Shown here: positions 1 through 11,835 of the stretch, in pieces
Layout: the number at the start of each line of letters is the position of its first letter
How positions within the stretch are numbered: the stretch's first letter is position 1
Assembly: GCA_965206645.1 (NCBI GenBank)
Contig: CBDBKE010000004.1
Span: 1,344,001 to 1,408,000 of the forward strand
Reading direction: 5' to 3'
DNA length: 64,000 nucleotides
DNA from: Terriglobia bacterium
GTDB taxonomy: Bacteria > Acidobacteriota > Terriglobia > JAJPHL01 > JAPKYU01
Notes under the pieces: generated by a model
Database searches by the model: none
Told to the model about the DNA's origin: nothing
Seen by the model: only the letters and a program-made list of their open reading frames with translations
Made by a program: the position numbers and the translations under genes

Positions 1-1150
1 CCCCCACAAAGGTCAGGTGGGTCAGGATGCGGTTCAGATACTCGGCGGTGTGTTTGCCCGGACGGATGCCGGGAATGAAGCCGCCGTATTTGCGCATGTT
101 GTCGGCCACTTCGGTCGGGTTGAAGATGATGGAGACGTAAAAGTAAGAAAAGAAGAGAATCCCGACGCCGTACAGCAGTGTATACAGCGGCTCGTTCCAC
201 TGCATGGCCTCAAACAACCTCGCGAATCCGCCGGCAATCTGCTTGACCATCGGGGATTCGATTTCCCGGGGGTCGACCAAGAGCCCCAAAGTCTGCGGGA
301 AGGCCAGCACCGAGCTCGCGAAAATCACCGGGATCACGCCGCCGGTATTGACTTTCAGCGGCATGTGGGTGGACTGCCCACCCATGACGCGGCGCCCGAC
401 CACTCGCCGGGCGTACTGCACCGGAATCCGCCGCTCGCCGCGCTCCACCAGAACGATGAAGGCCACGATCATTACCATCACTCCCACTAACACCAGCGCC
501 TGCAGGAGGCTCCACTCCTTGGTCACCACCACCTTCTCGAAAAGCTCCAGGATTGCGGATGGCAGGCCAACGACGATGCCAGCAAAGATAATCAGCGACA
601 TCCCGTTGCCGATGCCGCGGGCAGAGATCTGCTCACCCAGCCACATGATGAACGCCGTCCCAGTGGTCAGCGTGATCACGGTCATCACGACAAAGCCGGG
701 GCCAGGGTCGATGACAAAGCCCTGCGGGGCGCCGGGCGAGGGGCGCTGCAACGTCACGGCGATGCCGAAGGACTGCACCATCGCCAACAGCACCGTCAGG
801 TAGCGCGTATACTGTGTGATCTTGCGCCGCCCCAGCTCCCCTTCCTTCTGCAGCTTCTCCAGATAAGGCCAGACCACGGTCAGCAGCTGCAGGATAATGG
901 AGGAGGTGATGTAGGGCATGATGCCCAGGGCAAAGATGGTGAGCCGGCGGAAGTTCCCCCCGCTGAAAACGTCCAGGAAGCCGAAGATGGTGCCGCGATT
1001 CTGCTCGAAGAACTGCTCCAGCATCTGCCAATTGACGCCCGGCGTAGGAATGTGGGCGCCAATGCGGTAGACGGCCAGCAGCGCCAGGGTGAACAAGACA
1101 CGCCGCCGCAGCTCGGGAATGATGAAGATGTTCTGGATTGATCGAAGCAT
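1..1150 (-). CDS. secY: Preprotein translocase SecY (3' end runs off the window)
   Basis: Manual translation from ATG at 1150: MLRSIQNIFIIPELRRRVLFTL...IFALGIMPYITSSII...WLGEQISARGIGNGMSLIIFAGI; follows rplO. Confidence 0.97.
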   Translation of the reverse strand, partial: MLRSIQNIFIIPELRRRVLFTLALLAVYRIGAHIPTPGVNWQMLEQFFEQNRGTIFGFLDVFSGGNFRRLTIFALGIMPYITSSIILQLLTVVWPYLEKLQKEGELGRRKITQYTRYLTVLLAMVQSFGIAVTLQRPSPGAPQGFVIDPGPGFVVMTVITLTTGTAFIMWLGEQISARGIGNGMSLIIFAGIVVGLPSAILELFEKVVVTKEWSLLQALVLVGVMVMIVAFIVLVERGERRIPVQYARRVVGRRVMGGQSTHMPLKVNTGGVIPVIFASSVLAFPQTLGLLVDPREIESPMVKQIAGGFARLFEAMQWNEPLYTLLYGVGILFFSYFYVSIIFNPTEVADNMRKYGGFIPGIRPGKHTAEYLNRILTHLTFVG

Positions 1151-1165
1151 GCCTTCCGCCCGGGC

Positions 1166-1615
1166 CTACTCTGCCGGAATCACCTCCGCCCGGCCGCCTG
1201 CGGCTTCAATCTTCTGCTGGGCACTGGCACTGAAATGGTGCGCGCGGACGGTGACTGCGCGCCCAAGCTCTCCCTGGCCCAGCACACGAAGACCGTCGCG
1301 GAGCCGACGGATGACGCCGCGCTCCAGTAATAGATCCGGGGTAATGGTCTCGGCATCTGCCACCCTGCCCAGAGCCTCCAGGTTGATCACTGCAAACCGC
1401 TTCTTGAACAGATTGTGAAACCCGCGCTTCGGCACGCGCCGGTGCAGCGGCATCTGGCCGCCCTCGAAACCCCTCTTCTGGCTGTAGCCGCTGCGCGAGC
1501 GCTGCCCCTTCTCGCCCCGGCCAGCCGTCTTGCCCAGGCCCGATCCCATGCCGCGGCCTACCCGTTTCGGTTTGCGAACCTGCCCCCGGGGCGGCCGCAA
1601 CTGACTAAGATTCAT
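1166..1615 (-). CDS. rplO: 50S ribosomal protein L15
   Basis: [17 protein letters not shown] and [18 protein letters not shown] motifs. Confidence 0.98.
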   Translation of the reverse strand: MNLSQLRPPRGQVRKPKRVGRGMGSGLGKTAGRGEKGQRSRSGYSQKRGFEGGQMPLHRRVPKRGFHNLFKKRFAVINLEALGRVADAETITPDLLLERGVIRRLRDGLRVLGQGELGRAVTVRAHHFSASAQQKIEAAGGRAEVIPAE

Positions 1616-1817
1616 GTCCCTGCTCCAGTACTTCCACCAGATGCTGCACCTTGAAGATCATGCCACGCACGCCGGGCGTATCCGGACGCTCGACCACTTG
1701 GTGTAGGCGCCTGAACCCCAGACCCCGCAAAACTTCCCTCTGCTTCTGCGGACAACCAATGCCGCTGCGGATTTGCCGAATCTGGATCTTGTTGGTTTTC
1801 GCCCTCTTCTTAGCCAT
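1605..1817 (-). CDS. rpmD: 50S ribosomal protein L30
   Basis: IRSGIG...[25 protein letters not shown]; spc operon order. Confidence 0.96.
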   Translation of the reverse strand: MAKKRAKTNKIQIRQIRSGIGCPQKQREVLRGLGFRRLHQVVERPDTPGVRGMIFKVQHLVEVLEQGHES

Positions 1818-1842
1818 TTCCTGTCATACCAACCCCGTGCCC

Positions 1843-2349
1843 CTACAAATCCTCAACCGCCTTGCCGCGCGCTCGTGCCACTTCCTCGCGGTCCCGCAGT
1901 TGGCCTAGCGCATCCATGGTGGCCTTGATGACGTTATGCGGGTTGGCCGAGCGGATGGACTTGGTTAACACGTTGGCAATTCCCGCAGCCTGGATGACCG
2001 CGCGCACGGGACCACCGGCAATCACCCCGGTGCCTTCCGACGCCGGTTTCAGTAATACCAGCCCCGCACCGAAGCGGCCCAACACCGCGTGGGGAATGGT
2101 CGTCTTCACCATGTGCACCTTCGTCAGGTTCTTCTTGGCAGCCTCGATCCCTTTGCGAATTGCTGCCGGCACCTCGCGGGCCTTGCCGGTGCCATAGCCG
2201 ACAATGTTCTGCTCGGGATCGCCGACCACCACCAGAGCGCGAAAACTCAGATTCTTTCCGCCCTTGACCACCTTGGTCACCCGATTGATGGAGACCACCT
2301 GATCTTTCAGGTTCAGCGACGCCGGGTCGATACGTTTCACACCAGTCAC
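1843..2349 (-). CDS. rpsE: 30S ribosomal protein S5
   Basis: [32 protein letters not shown]; start placed at GTG 2349 (ORF open to 2418). Confidence 0.96.
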   Translation of the reverse strand: MTGVKRIDPASLNLKDQVVSINRVTKVVKGGKNLSFRALVVVGDPEQNIVGYGTGKAREVPAAIRKGIEAAKKNLTKVHMVKTTIPHAVLGRFGAGLVLLKPASEGTGVIAGGPVRAVIQAAGIANVLTKSIRSANPHNVIKATMDALGQLRDREEVARARGKAVEDL

Positions 2350-2432
2350 AATCGAATCCGTTTCCTTCCTCAGGAGCCCGCAGCTCCCTGCCTGGGGCGC
2401 ACCCGCGCCTCCAGACACGGCCGTGCCACCGT

Positions 2433-2789
2433 TCAGAACGTCAGCCCGGCCTCGCGGGCGGCCTCGGCCAGAGCCTTGACCCGCCCGTGGTACTTGTAGC
2501 CGCCGCGATCGAAGACCACTCGGGCAATGCCCTTGGCAAGCGCCCGCTCGGCTACCAGCTTGCCCACATCCCGTGCGCCGGCAACGTTGCCACCGTTGCC
2601 GCTGCCCTTCTCAAGTGAGCCGGCAGCCACCAGGGTGTGGCCCCGGCTGTCGTCGACCACCTGCGCGTAGATGTGTTTCAGCGAACGGAACACATTCAGC
2701 CGCGGGCGCGCGCTGCTGCCGCGCAGGCGCTTCCGCAGCCGCTGGTGCACCCTCTCCCGCGCCAGATTCCTGGAAACCCGCTCGATCAT
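2433..2789 (-). CDS. rplR: 50S ribosomal protein L18
   Basis: [33 protein letters not shown]. Confidence 0.98.
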   Translation of the reverse strand: MIERVSRNLARERVHQRLRKRLRGSSARPRLNVFRSLKHIYAQVVDDSRGHTLVAAGSLEKGSGNGGNVAGARDVGKLVAERALAKGIARVVFDRGGYKYHGRVKALAEAAREAGLTF

Positions 2790-2791
2790 CT

Positions 2792-3325
2792 TTACTTCGC
2801 GCCTGCTTTGCCTACTTTTTTCTTCAGCTTCTCCCCAACGTACCGTACACCTTTGTGCTTGTAAGGATCGGGTGGACGCAGGCGGCGGATGTTGGCAGCA
2901 ACCTGGCCCACTTTCTGCTTGTCAATCCCGCTGACCGCCAGCCGGGTTTGGCGCTCCACGGTGAGCTGGACGCCGTCCGGCAGGGGAAACTCGATCGGAC
3001 GCGAATAACCCAGGTTGAAGACGACCACCCGGTCCTTGACTTCCGCACGATAGCCGATGCCGACAATCTCTAGGTCTTTCTGAAAGCCTGTGCTCACCCC
3101 GATGACCGCGTTGGCCAACAGGCTGCGAGCCAACCCGTGCATGGCGGCGTAGGAGTCGTCCTCGCGCTTCGCCAGCAGCGTCGAATCTTCGAGTTCAAAC
3201 CGGATTCCTGGAGGCAGCGCCGTGTTCAGTTCTCCCTTCGGTCCCTCGACTAGGACGCTGCTGGCCTGTACCTGAACCCGCACGCCCTCGGGGATCGGGA
3301 TGGGTTTGTTTCCTACGCGCGACAT
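2792..3325 (-). CDS. rplF: 50S ribosomal protein L6
   Basis: MSRVGNKPI start at 3325; [13 protein letters not shown]. Confidence 0.98.
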   Translation of the reverse strand: MSRVGNKPIPIPEGVRVQVQASSVLVEGPKGELNTALPPGIRFELEDSTLLAKREDDSYAAMHGLARSLLANAVIGVSTGFQKDLEIVGIGYRAEVKDRVVVFNLGYSRPIEFPLPDGVQLTVERQTRLAVSGIDKQKVGQVAANIRRLRPPDPYKHKGVRYVGEKLKKKVGKAGAK

Positions 3326-3386
3326 TGCCCTGTTCCTCGACCACCGGGCCAGGCACGTTTCCTTAGTCCCGTGTCCCGGCTGGCAA

Positions 3387-3785
3387 TTACCAGACTTCGC
3401 ACAACACTTCTCCGCCGACGCCCTGATGGCGGGCAGCACGGCCGGTCATCACGCCGCGCGGCGTGGTCAGAATATTGATCCCCATCCCGCCCAAGACCCG
3501 CGGCACCTCTCGCCCGCCTACGTACACACGCCGACCCGGACGCGAAACCCGCTGGATGGTGGAAATCACCGGTTGGTTCTCCGCGCCGTACTTCAACCGC
3601 ACCTCCAGTCGCTTGTGCACACCTTCCTCGATCATCCGATAGCCGGTGATGTACCCTTCTTCCTTTAGGACACGGGCCACCTCCAGCTTGAGCCCGGAGG
3701 CCGGCACCTCCACAGACTTGTGCCTGGCCTGCAGCCCGTTACGGATCCGCGTCAGAAAATCCCCAATGGAATCAGTATGGCTCAT
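3387..3785 (-). CDS. rpsH: 30S ribosomal protein S8
   Basis: DSIGDFLTRIRNG, SRPGRRVY, GGEVLCEVW. Confidence 0.98.
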   Translation of the reverse strand: MSHTDSIGDFLTRIRNGLQARHKSVEVPASGLKLEVARVLKEEGYITGYRMIEEGVHKRLEVRLKYGAENQPVISTIQRVSRPGRRVYVGGREVPRVLGGMGINILTTPRGVMTGRAARHQGVGGEVLCEVW

Positions 3786-3792
3786 AATGCCG

Positions 3793-3978
3793 TTACCAGC
3801 TGGACTTGGCCACCCCGGGAATTTCGCCTTGCAGGGCCAAACCGCGAAAGCACAGCCGGCAAATCTGGAACTTCCGCAGGTAGGCGCGGGGGCGGCCGCA
3901 CAAGCGGCACCGGTTGCGGTGCCGCACCTGGAACTTCGGTTTCCTCAGTTCCTTTGCGATCTTGGCGGTGGTTGCCAT
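3793..3978 (-). CDS. rpsZ: 30S ribosomal protein S14, short zinc-binding (C+) type
   Basis: 61 aa with [20 protein letters not shown]. Confidence 0.97.
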   Translation of the reverse strand: MATTAKIAKELRKPKFQVRHRNRCRLCGRPRAYLRKFQICRLCFRGLALQGEIPGVAKSSW

Positions 3979-4005
3979 TCTGCGACCTCGACTATCTAGA
4001 TTCAG

Positions 4006-4548
4006 CTAACTCTGAAACGGCATGCCCATGTGACGCAGCAGCGCCCGTCCTTCTTCGTCGCTGCGCGCGGTGGTCACAATGGTGACGTTCATCCCTCTGA
4101 TTTTGTCCACCTTGGCGTAGTCAATTTCGGGGAAGACAAGCTGGTCCCGGAGCCCCAGAGTGTAGTTTCCCCGCCCATCAAAGGAGCGCATGGACACGCC
4201 CCGAAAGTCGCGGACGCGGGGCAGGGCGACGTTCACCAGCCGGTCGAGGAACTCGTACATGCGATCGCCGCGCAGCGTCACGGAGGCGCCGATGGGCATG
4301 CCGGCTCGCAGGCGGAATGCGGCGATGGACTTTCTGGCCCGTGTCACGATTGGTTTCTGGCCCGTGATCTGCTTCAGTTCCACCGACGCACCGTCCAGCA
4401 GCTTGATGTTCTGAGTGGCTTCGCCGACCCCCACATTCACCACGATCTTTTCCAGTCGCGGGACTGCCATGGAGTTGGTGTAGGTAAACTCCTTTTTCAG
4501 CGCCGGAATGACCTGCTTCTGGAACCGCTGTTTGAGTCTGCTGGACAT
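4006..4548 (-). CDS. rplE: 50S ribosomal protein L5
   Basis: [19 protein letters not shown]. Confidence 0.98.
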   Translation of the reverse strand: MSSRLKQRFQKQVIPALKKEFTYTNSMAVPRLEKIVVNVGVGEATQNIKLLDGASVELKQITGQKPIVTRARKSIAAFRLRAGMPIGASVTLRGDRMYEFLDRLVNVALPRVRDFRGVSMRSFDGRGNYTLGLRDQLVFPEIDYAKVDKIRGMNVTIVTTARSDEEGRALLRHMGMPFQS

Positions 4549-4560
4549 CGGGCTCAGCCT

Positions 4561-4899
4561 CTATTTCTCCATGACGGTGCCGCACTTGCGGCAGATGCGT
4601 ACGGCGCGCAGCCGCCGCCCCTGCTGGTCCCGCTCCTCGCGGAATCCGACTCGACGCGGGGCATTGCAGGTAGGACACACCAGCTGCACATTGGAGATGG
4701 CAATGGAAGCCTCCCGCTCGGCAATCCCGCCCTTGATCTGTTTGGCGGGATTGGGCCGCGTATGCTTCTTCACCATCATGACGTGCTCCACCAGCACCCG
4801 ATGCTTATCGGGGAGGATCTGCAGCACGCGGCCGACCTTGCCTTTGTCGCGTCCGCTGATGACCTTCACCGTGTCCTCCCTGCGGATAATGGCAGGCAT
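4561..4899 (-). CDS. rplX: 50S ribosomal protein L24 (retains CxxC...CxxC)
   Basis: KOW motif DTVKVISGRDKGKVG; CPTC and CRKC. Confidence 0.97.
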   Translation of the reverse strand: MPAIIRREDTVKVISGRDKGKVGRVLQILPDKHRVLVEHVMMVKKHTRPNPAKQIKGGIAEREASIAISNVQLVCPTCNAPRRVGFREERDQQGRRLRAVRICRKCGTVMEK

Positions 4900-5267
4900 C
4901 AGAGCACCTCCGGCGCCAGCGAAACAATCTTGGCAAACTTCTTCTCGCGGAGTTCGCGGGCCACCGGCCCGAAAACGCGCGTGCCAATCGGCTCATGAAC
5001 ATCGTTGATCAGCACCGCTGCGTTCTCGTCAAAGCGGATGTAGGTGCCATCCCGGCGGCGATGTTCCTTGCGCATGCGCACCACCACAGCTTTAACGACG
5101 CTGCCCTTCTTGATATTGCTAGCCGGGGCCGCCTCTTTCACCGATGCCGTAATCACCTCTCCCAGCCCGGCCCGGCTGCCCACGGATCCTCCCAAGGGCA
5201 AGATGCAAGAGATTCTCCGGGCGCCGGAATTGTCGGCCACCTGAAGCATGGTTCGCATGCCGATCAT
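4899..5267 (-). CDS. rplN: 50S ribosomal protein L14
   Basis: [26 protein letters not shown]. Confidence 0.98.
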   Translation of the reverse strand: MIGMRTMLQVADNSGARRISCILPLGGSVGSRAGLGEVITASVKEAAPASNIKKGSVVKAVVVRMRKEHRRRDGTYIRFDENAAVLINDVHEPIGTRVFGPVARELREKKFAKIVSLAPEVL

Positions 5268-5653
5268 TGCTCAGATTCCTCTGCGGCCGGCTCCGGGATT
5301 TCGGGGCCAACCGGCAGCTCGGCCGGCTCAACTAAGCCCACTCCCCTGGCTCGCCTCAGCACCTCAGCCAGCCGCCAGCGCTTCAGGCGGCTGAGCGGTC
5401 GCGATTCGACGATCCGCACCACGTCCCCTACCTGGCACTGGTTTCGCTCATCGTGGGTGTAAAACTTCTTCTTACGCTGAACGACGCGCCGGTACAGCGG
5501 GTGTGGCACGCGGCGGCTGACTTCGACCACAATGGTCTTGTCCATCCGGGAGCTGACCACCCGGCCAATCTTTTCCTGTCGCGTCTTGTTCTTGCCAACT
5601 GTCTGGCCTTTCCCAACTGCCTGCTCAGGTGGTGGTTGCCTCTGTTCTGACAT
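5264..5653 (-). CDS. rpsQ: 30S ribosomal protein S17 with N- and C-terminal extensions
   Basis: [27 protein letters not shown]. Confidence 0.97.
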   Translation of the reverse strand: MSEQRQPPPEQAVGKGQTVGKNKTRQEKIGRVVSSRMDKTIVVEVSRRVPHPLYRRVVQRKKKFYTHDERNQCQVGDVVRIVESRPLSRLKRWRLAEVLRRARGVGLVEPAELPVGPEIPEPAAEESEQ

Positions 5654-5662
5654 GGTTGATAC

Positions 5663-5866
5663 TCAGCGTTCCTGCGCCTGCAACTCGCGCTGCCGTAGCA
5701 GCGTCTTGACCCGGGCCAGGTCCTTCTTCACGGCGCGCAGTTTGCGCAGTCCTTCGGCCTGGCCGGTGGCTGCCTGAAAGCGCAGGCGGAAAATCTGTTC
5801 GGCCATCTCGCGCTCCTGCAAGCGCAGCTCGTCGGAGGAAAGTTCGTGCAATCGGCGCCCCTTCAT
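5663..5866 (-). CDS. rpmC: 50S ribosomal protein L29
   Basis: [20 protein letters not shown]. Confidence 0.96.
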   Translation of the reverse strand: MKGRRLHELSSDELRLQEREMAEQIFRLRFQAATGQAEGLRKLRAVKKDLARVKTLLRQRELQAQER

Positions 5867-6306
5867 GGAGCGGCCCCGGCGGCCGTTCCGGCGCTCCGGT
5901 CGGGCCGCGATACGAACTTCGTCAGGATCGGCAACTTGTGGGCGGCCAGCCGCATCGCCTCGCGCGCGGTTGCCTCCGGCACGCCCTCCATCTCGAACAG
6001 GATTCGGCCTGGCTTGACTACGGCCACCCAGTGGTCGGGATTGCCTTTGCCCTTGCCCATGCGGGTCTCCGCCGGCTTGCGAGTGACCGGCTTATCGGGG
6101 AACAGGCGGGGCCAGATCTTGCCGCCACGTTTGATGAAGTGAGTCATGGCCACGCGCGACGCTTCGATCTGCCGGTCGGTGATCCATGCTGGCTCCAGCG
6201 CCTTCAGACCGTAATCGCCAAAGGAGAGCTCGCCGCCCCGCCACGCTTTGCCCGTCATTCGCCCGCGTTGCTGCTTGCGGTATTTCACCTTCTTGGGCAT
6301 CAACAT
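5863..6306 (-). CDS. rplP: 50S ribosomal protein L16
   Basis: [24 protein letters not shown]. Confidence 0.98.
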   Translation of the reverse strand: MLMPKKVKYRKQQRGRMTGKAWRGGELSFGDYGLKALEPAWITDRQIEASRVAMTHFIKRGGKIWPRLFPDKPVTRKPAETRMGKGKGNPDHWVAVVKPGRILFEMEGVPEATAREAMRLAAHKLPILTKFVSRPDRSAGTAAGAAP

Positions 6307-6324
6307 CGTTTCTTCCCTGCTCTG

Positions 6325-6990
6325 CTAGGAAGCGCGCACACCCAGCTGCCCCTGGCGCGCCCTGGCTTCCAGAATCTCTCCCTTGTAGATCCAGACCTTG
6401 ACTCCGATCACGCCGTAGGTGGTGTAGGCCTGGGCAAACCCGTACTCGATATCGGCGCGCAGCGTGTGCAGAGGCAGTTGTCCCTGCAGGTACCACTCGG
6501 TACGGGCGATCTCTGCGCCGTTCAACCTCCCGGAGACCCGCACCTTGATTCCCTTACACCCAAAGCGGAGCGCCGAATCCACTGATTTACGCATTGCCCG
6601 CCGAAAGGCCACCCGTTTCTCCAGTTGCAGCGCGACGGACTCGCTGACCAGTTGCGCGTCCAGCTCCGGCTTGGGAACCTCCTGGATGTCAATGTAGATC
6701 TCGCACTGGGTGCGCTTTTGAACTTCCTGCTTCAACTTGTCAATCTCGGCGCCCTTGCGCCCAATGATGATGCCGGGCCGCGCGGTGCGGATGGTGATGC
6801 GCAGCTTGTTGCCGGGCCGGTCCACCTCAATCGAGCTAACCCCCGCAGATCTCACACGCTCCTTCAACACCTTCTTCAGCTCCAGGTCTTCGTGCAGCAG
6901 GTTGGCGTAATCCTGCTTGGCGAACCACCGCGAGCGCCACGGCTTGGTGAACCTCAGCCGAAATCCGTAAGGGTGAACCTTCTGTCCCAT
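6325..6990 (-). CDS. rpsC: 30S ribosomal protein S3
   Basis: [34 protein letters not shown]. Confidence 0.98.
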   Translation of the reverse strand: MGQKVHPYGFRLRFTKPWRSRWFAKQDYANLLHEDLELKKVLKERVRSAGVSSIEVDRPGNKLRITIRTARPGIIIGRKGAEIDKLKQEVQKRTQCEIYIDIQEVPKPELDAQLVSESVALQLEKRVAFRRAMRKSVDSALRFGCKGIKVRVSGRLNGAEIARTEWYLQGQLPLHTLRADIEYGFAQAYTTYGVIGVKVWIYKGEILEARARQGQLGVRAS

Positions 6991-7003
6991 TGTTCCTCTC
7001 TCC

Positions 7004-7345
7004 CTACTGCTTCTGGGCGACGTGGACCACCAGGTGGGCCAAGCGCCGCTGGTAGCGGAAGGCCCGCCCCATGGGGGCCGCTCGGATCCGCTTCATGCGG
7101 GGCCCCTCGTTCACATAAGCCCGACTGACGTAGAGCGCATCCACGTCCACGTCCTCCGATTTGTTCTCGGCGTTATGGATGGCCGAGCGCAGCACTTTTT
7201 CCACCTCATGCGCGATGCGCTTCTTGGTGAACCGCAGCACATCGAGGGCTTTGCCCGCCGGTAGGCCGCGGATCAGATCCACCACCAGTCGCGCCTTCTG
7301 CGGCGAGCAGCGAATGTACTTTGCTTCAGCCCTGGCTTCCATCAC
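7004..7345 (-). CDS. rplV: 50S ribosomal protein L22
   Basis: [23 protein letters not shown]. Confidence 0.97.
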   Translation of the reverse strand: MMEARAEAKYIRCSPQKARLVVDLIRGLPAGKALDVLRFTKKRIAHEVEKVLRSAIHNAENKSEDVDVDALYVSRAYVNEGPRMKRIRAAPMGRAFRYQRRLAHLVVHVAQKQ

Positions 7346-7432
7346 CTGCTCCTGTTGCCCCAGGCGGCGAGCCGTTCCGGCCTCTCCGGTGCATCACCCA
7401 CTTCCTGGACAGGTACAAACGCGCCTTCCACG

Positions 7433-7729
7433 TCACGCCCTGGGCGCCGGAGCGGTCGCCCTTTCGGCTACCTTCACTGCGTGCCCGCGGAATGTGCGGG
7501 TGGGGGAGAACTCGCCCAGCTTGTGCCCGACCATGTTCTCGGTGACATACACCGGAATGAACTTCCTCCCCTGATGAATGCCGATGGTGTGCCCCACGAA
7601 TTCGGGAATCACAGTGGAACGCCGCGACCAAGTGCGTACTACCTTTTTCTCATTGCGCCGGTTCAGCACCTCGATCTTGCGCTGAAGGTGCTCATCCACA
7701 AACGGTCCTTTTTTCAACGAACGGCTCAT
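7433..7729 (-). CDS. rpsS: 30S ribosomal protein S19
   Basis: [25 protein letters not shown]. Confidence 0.98.
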   Translation of the reverse strand: MSRSLKKGPFVDEHLQRKIEVLNRRNEKKVVRTWSRRSTVIPEFVGHTIGIHQGRKFIPVYVTENMVGHKLGEFSPTRTFRGHAVKVAERATAPAPRA

Positions 7730-7738
7730 TGTGCCCGC

Positions 7739-8566
7739 CTATTTTTTCTTCCGCCGCGTCACGATCCAGCGGCCTGTCCGCTTGTTGCGGCGCGTTTTGT
7801 ACCCGCGCGTCGGTTGCCCCCACGGAGTGACTGGGTGGCGTCCGCCGGAGCTCTTCCCCTCGCCACCGCCATGGGGATGGTCCACCGGGTTCATGACCAC
7901 GCCGCGGTTGTGCGGACGGCGGCCCAGCCAGCGGTTCCGCCCGGCCTTGCCCAGCGAGATGCTCTCGTGGTCCAGGTTCCCCACCTGTCCGATGGTGGCG
8001 TAGCATTCGGCCGGCACCTTGCGTATTTCTCCGGAAGGCAGCTTTAGCAGCGCGTAGTCGCCTTCTTTGGACAGCAGTTGGGCCGACGCGCCCGCGCTGC
8101 GCGCCATCTGCCCGCCCTTTCCCGGCCGCAGCTCGATATTGTGCACTGTGGTGCCGGGCGGGATCGAGCGCATCGGCAGGGCGTTGCCCGTCAGAATATC
8201 GGCCTCCGGCCCACTCATCACCGTGCTGCCGACCGTCAGGCCCACCGGATGCAGAATGTAGCGCTTCTCGCCATCCCGATAATGCAGCAGCGCAATGCGC
8301 GCGGAGCGATTCGGGTCATACTCAATCGAGGCCACCTTGGCCGGAACGCCGAGCTTCTCGCGGCGAAAATCAATCAGGCGCAGCTTCCGTTTGTGGCCTC
8401 CGCCGCGAAACCACATCGTGATCTGGCCCCGATTGTTGCGCCCGCCGCTTTTCTTCAACGGCTTGGTCAGTGACTTCAGCGGTCTCTCCGCTGTAATTTC
8501 CTCTCGGGTCAGAGCGGTCTGAAACCGCCGGGTGGCAGTCGTTGGCCTGTATTTTTTGATGCCCAT
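7739..8566 (-). CDS. rplB: 50S ribosomal protein L2
   Basis: [26 protein letters not shown]. Confidence 0.99.
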   Translation of the reverse strand: MGIKKYRPTTATRRFQTALTREEITAERPLKSLTKPLKKSGGRNNRGQITMWFRGGGHKRKLRLIDFRREKLGVPAKVASIEYDPNRSARIALLHYRDGEKRYILHPVGLTVGSTVMSGPEADILTGNALPMRSIPPGTTVHNIELRPGKGGQMARSAGASAQLLSKEGDYALLKLPSGEIRKVPAECYATIGQVGNLDHESISLGKAGRNRWLGRRPHNRGVVMNPVDHPHGGGEGKSSGGRHPVTPWGQPTRGYKTRRNKRTGRWIVTRRKKK

Positions 8567-8585
8567 CGTGCTTCCTGCGCCGACC

Positions 8586-8879
8586 TTAGCCGGCTTCGGC
8601 GAAGTCCACCATCTTCTCGCCTTCTTTCAGTCGTACGTACGCCTTTTTCCAGTCGCGGCGATAGCCGGCGAAGCGCCCCCGCCGCCGCTGCTTGCCAGGG
8701 AAATTCGCTGTCTGCACTGAGGAGACCTTCACCTTGAAGATCTTCTGCACGGCCTGCTTGATTTCCGTCTTGGTGGCGTCCACCTGCACCTCGAAACACA
8801 GAGTTCGCTTGTCCTGCTTTTGGTCCACCGCCTTTTCGGTGATGAGCGGCCGCCTCAGAATCTGCCAGACCTCTTTCAC
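8586..8879 (-). CDS. rplW: 50S ribosomal protein L23
   Basis: [15 protein letters not shown]; GTG start overlaps rplD stop (GTGA). Confidence 0.96.
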   Translation of the reverse strand: MKEVWQILRRPLITEKAVDQKQDKRTLCFEVQVDATKTEIKQAVQKIFKVKVSSVQTANFPGKQRRRGRFAGYRRDWKKAYVRLKEGEKMVDFAEAG

Positions 8880-9502
8880 GGTTTCAGCGCCTCCTGGAGG
8901 CGGCTGACCGCCGGCTGGGAGATCCAAACCTGCTCCGAGCGCAGCAGGTCGTAGGGATGCACCTCTCGCGCCAGTCGGAACTGCACATTCTCAAGGTTCC
9001 GGCTGGAAAGATCCAGGTTGCGATCCTGCGTGGTATCCACCAGCAACAGCGTGCGGTCCACCTCAAAGCGTTCCAGCAGGCGGCAGAAGTCCCGTGTCTT
9101 GTGAGAGTCGACCCGCAGTTCGTCGAGCACGGTCAGCTTCCGCGCCGCCAGCTTCACCGACAGCGCCGAGCGCAGCGCCCCCAGCAGCATCTTCTTCGGC
9201 AGCCGGTAAGAGTAGTCACGCGGCTTCGGCCCGTGCACCGTACCACCATGCCTCCACAGGGGTGAGCGGATGCTCCCGATCCGAGCCCGCCCGGTGCCCT
9301 TCTGCCGCCACGGTTTCCTGCCGCTGCCGGAAACCTCGGCTCGCGTCTTGCTCTTATGGGTGCCGCGACGCAGGCCGGCCAGATGGTGGTGGACCGCCTG
9401 GTACAGCAAGGCCGGATTAGGCCGTACCGCGAACACTTCTTCGGCCAGATCCACTTGGCCGACCTTCTCCCGCTTTAGATTGAGTACCTCTGTTCTAGGC
9501 AT
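8876..9502 (-). CDS. rplD: 50S ribosomal protein L4
   Basis: KPWRQKGTGRARIGSIRSPLWRHGG. Confidence 0.98.
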   Translation of the reverse strand: MPRTEVLNLKREKVGQVDLAEEVFAVRPNPALLYQAVHHHLAGLRRGTHKSKTRAEVSGSGRKPWRQKGTGRARIGSIRSPLWRHGGTVHGPKPRDYSYRLPKKMLLGALRSALSVKLAARKLTVLDELRVDSHKTRDFCRLLERFEVDRTLLLVDTTQDRNLDLSSRNLENVQFRLAREVHPYDLLRSEQVWISQPAVSRLQEALKP

Positions 9503-9516
9503 CCCCGGACCTCTGT

Positions 9517-10179
9517 CTAACTACCAGAAGAAGCCTCCTTGGTAGAAACGGCCCTGCTGCGACGGATCATGACGTAGCCTCCGTCGGGTCCCGGAACGGC
9601 GCCCCGCACCACAAGCAGATCGTCGTCCACGTCCACCTGAACGACTTCCAGGTTCCGCACCGTCACTCGGGCGTGGCCCATGTGCCCTCCCATGCGCATC
9701 CCTTTCCAGACCCGCGAAGGATAGGAGGAGGCGCCAATGGACCCCGGCGCTCGATGGAACATCGAGCCGTGGCTGGCATCCCCACCGCGAAAGTGGTGCC
9801 GTTTGACGACGCCCGCAAAGCCCCGGCCTTTGCTCACCCCGATGACATCCACCTTGTCGTTGACCTGGAACAACTCCACGGTGATGCGGTCGCCCACTTT
9901 GGTCTGCTGGTCGTCCGGGACCAGGGAAAACTCCCGCAGAATCCGCGCCGGCTCCACTCCGGCCTTGCGGAAATGGCCCGCGCGCGGGCGGTTCACCCGC
10001 TTTGGCTTGATGAACTCTACCAGCCCAAGCTGCGCCGCCTCATAGCCGTCCCTGGCAGCCGCCTTCTTTTGGACCACCACGCAGGGGCCTGCCTTCAATA
10101 CCGTCACCGGCACCACCTGTCCGTCGGGTGCAAAGATCTGCGTCATTCCCATCTTCTTGCCAATGATGCCTGTGACCAT
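9517..10179 (-). CDS. rplC: 50S ribosomal protein L3
   Basis: [18 protein letters not shown]. Confidence 0.98.
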   Translation of the reverse strand: MVTGIIGKKMGMTQIFAPDGQVVPVTVLKAGPCVVVQKKAAARDGYEAAQLGLVEFIKPKRVNRPRAGHFRKAGVEPARILREFSLVPDDQQTKVGDRITVELFQVNDKVDVIGVSKGRGFAGVVKRHHFRGGDASHGSMFHRAPGSIGASSYPSRVWKGMRMGGHMGHARVTVRNLEVVQVDVDDDLLVVRGAVPGPDGGYVMIRRSRAVSTKEASSGS

Positions 10180-10235
10180 ACTGATCGCTCCGGCCTGACC
10201 GCTCCGGCTGCCGGCGAGGCTCCCTTGTAGAACTC

Positions 10236-10562
10236 CTACTTATGGTCCTTGCCGAACGTCTTGATTTCCACATCCACCCCGGCTGGCAGGTCCAGCTTCA
10301 TCAGGGCCTCAACGGTTTGCGGCGTGGGCTCCAGGATGTCCAGCAGCCGCTTGTGGGTGCGAATTTCGAACTGCTCCCTCGATTTCTTGTCGACGTGCGG
10401 GGAGCGCAGCACGCAATACTTGTTCCTCAGGGTGGGCAGCGGGATCGGCCCCGCCACCTGGGCGCCGGTGCGCTTGGCCGTGTCCACGATCTCGCTGGTG
10501 GACTGGTCCAGGACGCGGTGATCGTAAGCCTTCAGACGAATGCGAATTCGTTCCTGTGCCAT
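10236..10562 (-). CDS. rpsJ: 30S ribosomal protein S10
   Basis: [25 protein letters not shown]. Confidence 0.98.
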   Translation of the reverse strand: MAQERIRIRLKAYDHRVLDQSTSEIVDTAKRTGAQVAGPIPLPTLRNKYCVLRSPHVDKKSREQFEIRTHKRLLDILEPTPQTVEALMKLDLPAGVDVEIKTFGKDHK

Positions 10563-10566
10563 TCAG

Positions 10567-11754
<1,188 letters not shown>

Positions 11755-11835
11755 CGTCGCCTCAACTCCTCTGCGTTGTCTTAAACCTCTTTGGCCCGTT
11801 CACAGCCAGCGCCCGCCGGGTTCGCTCCTGCGGCC

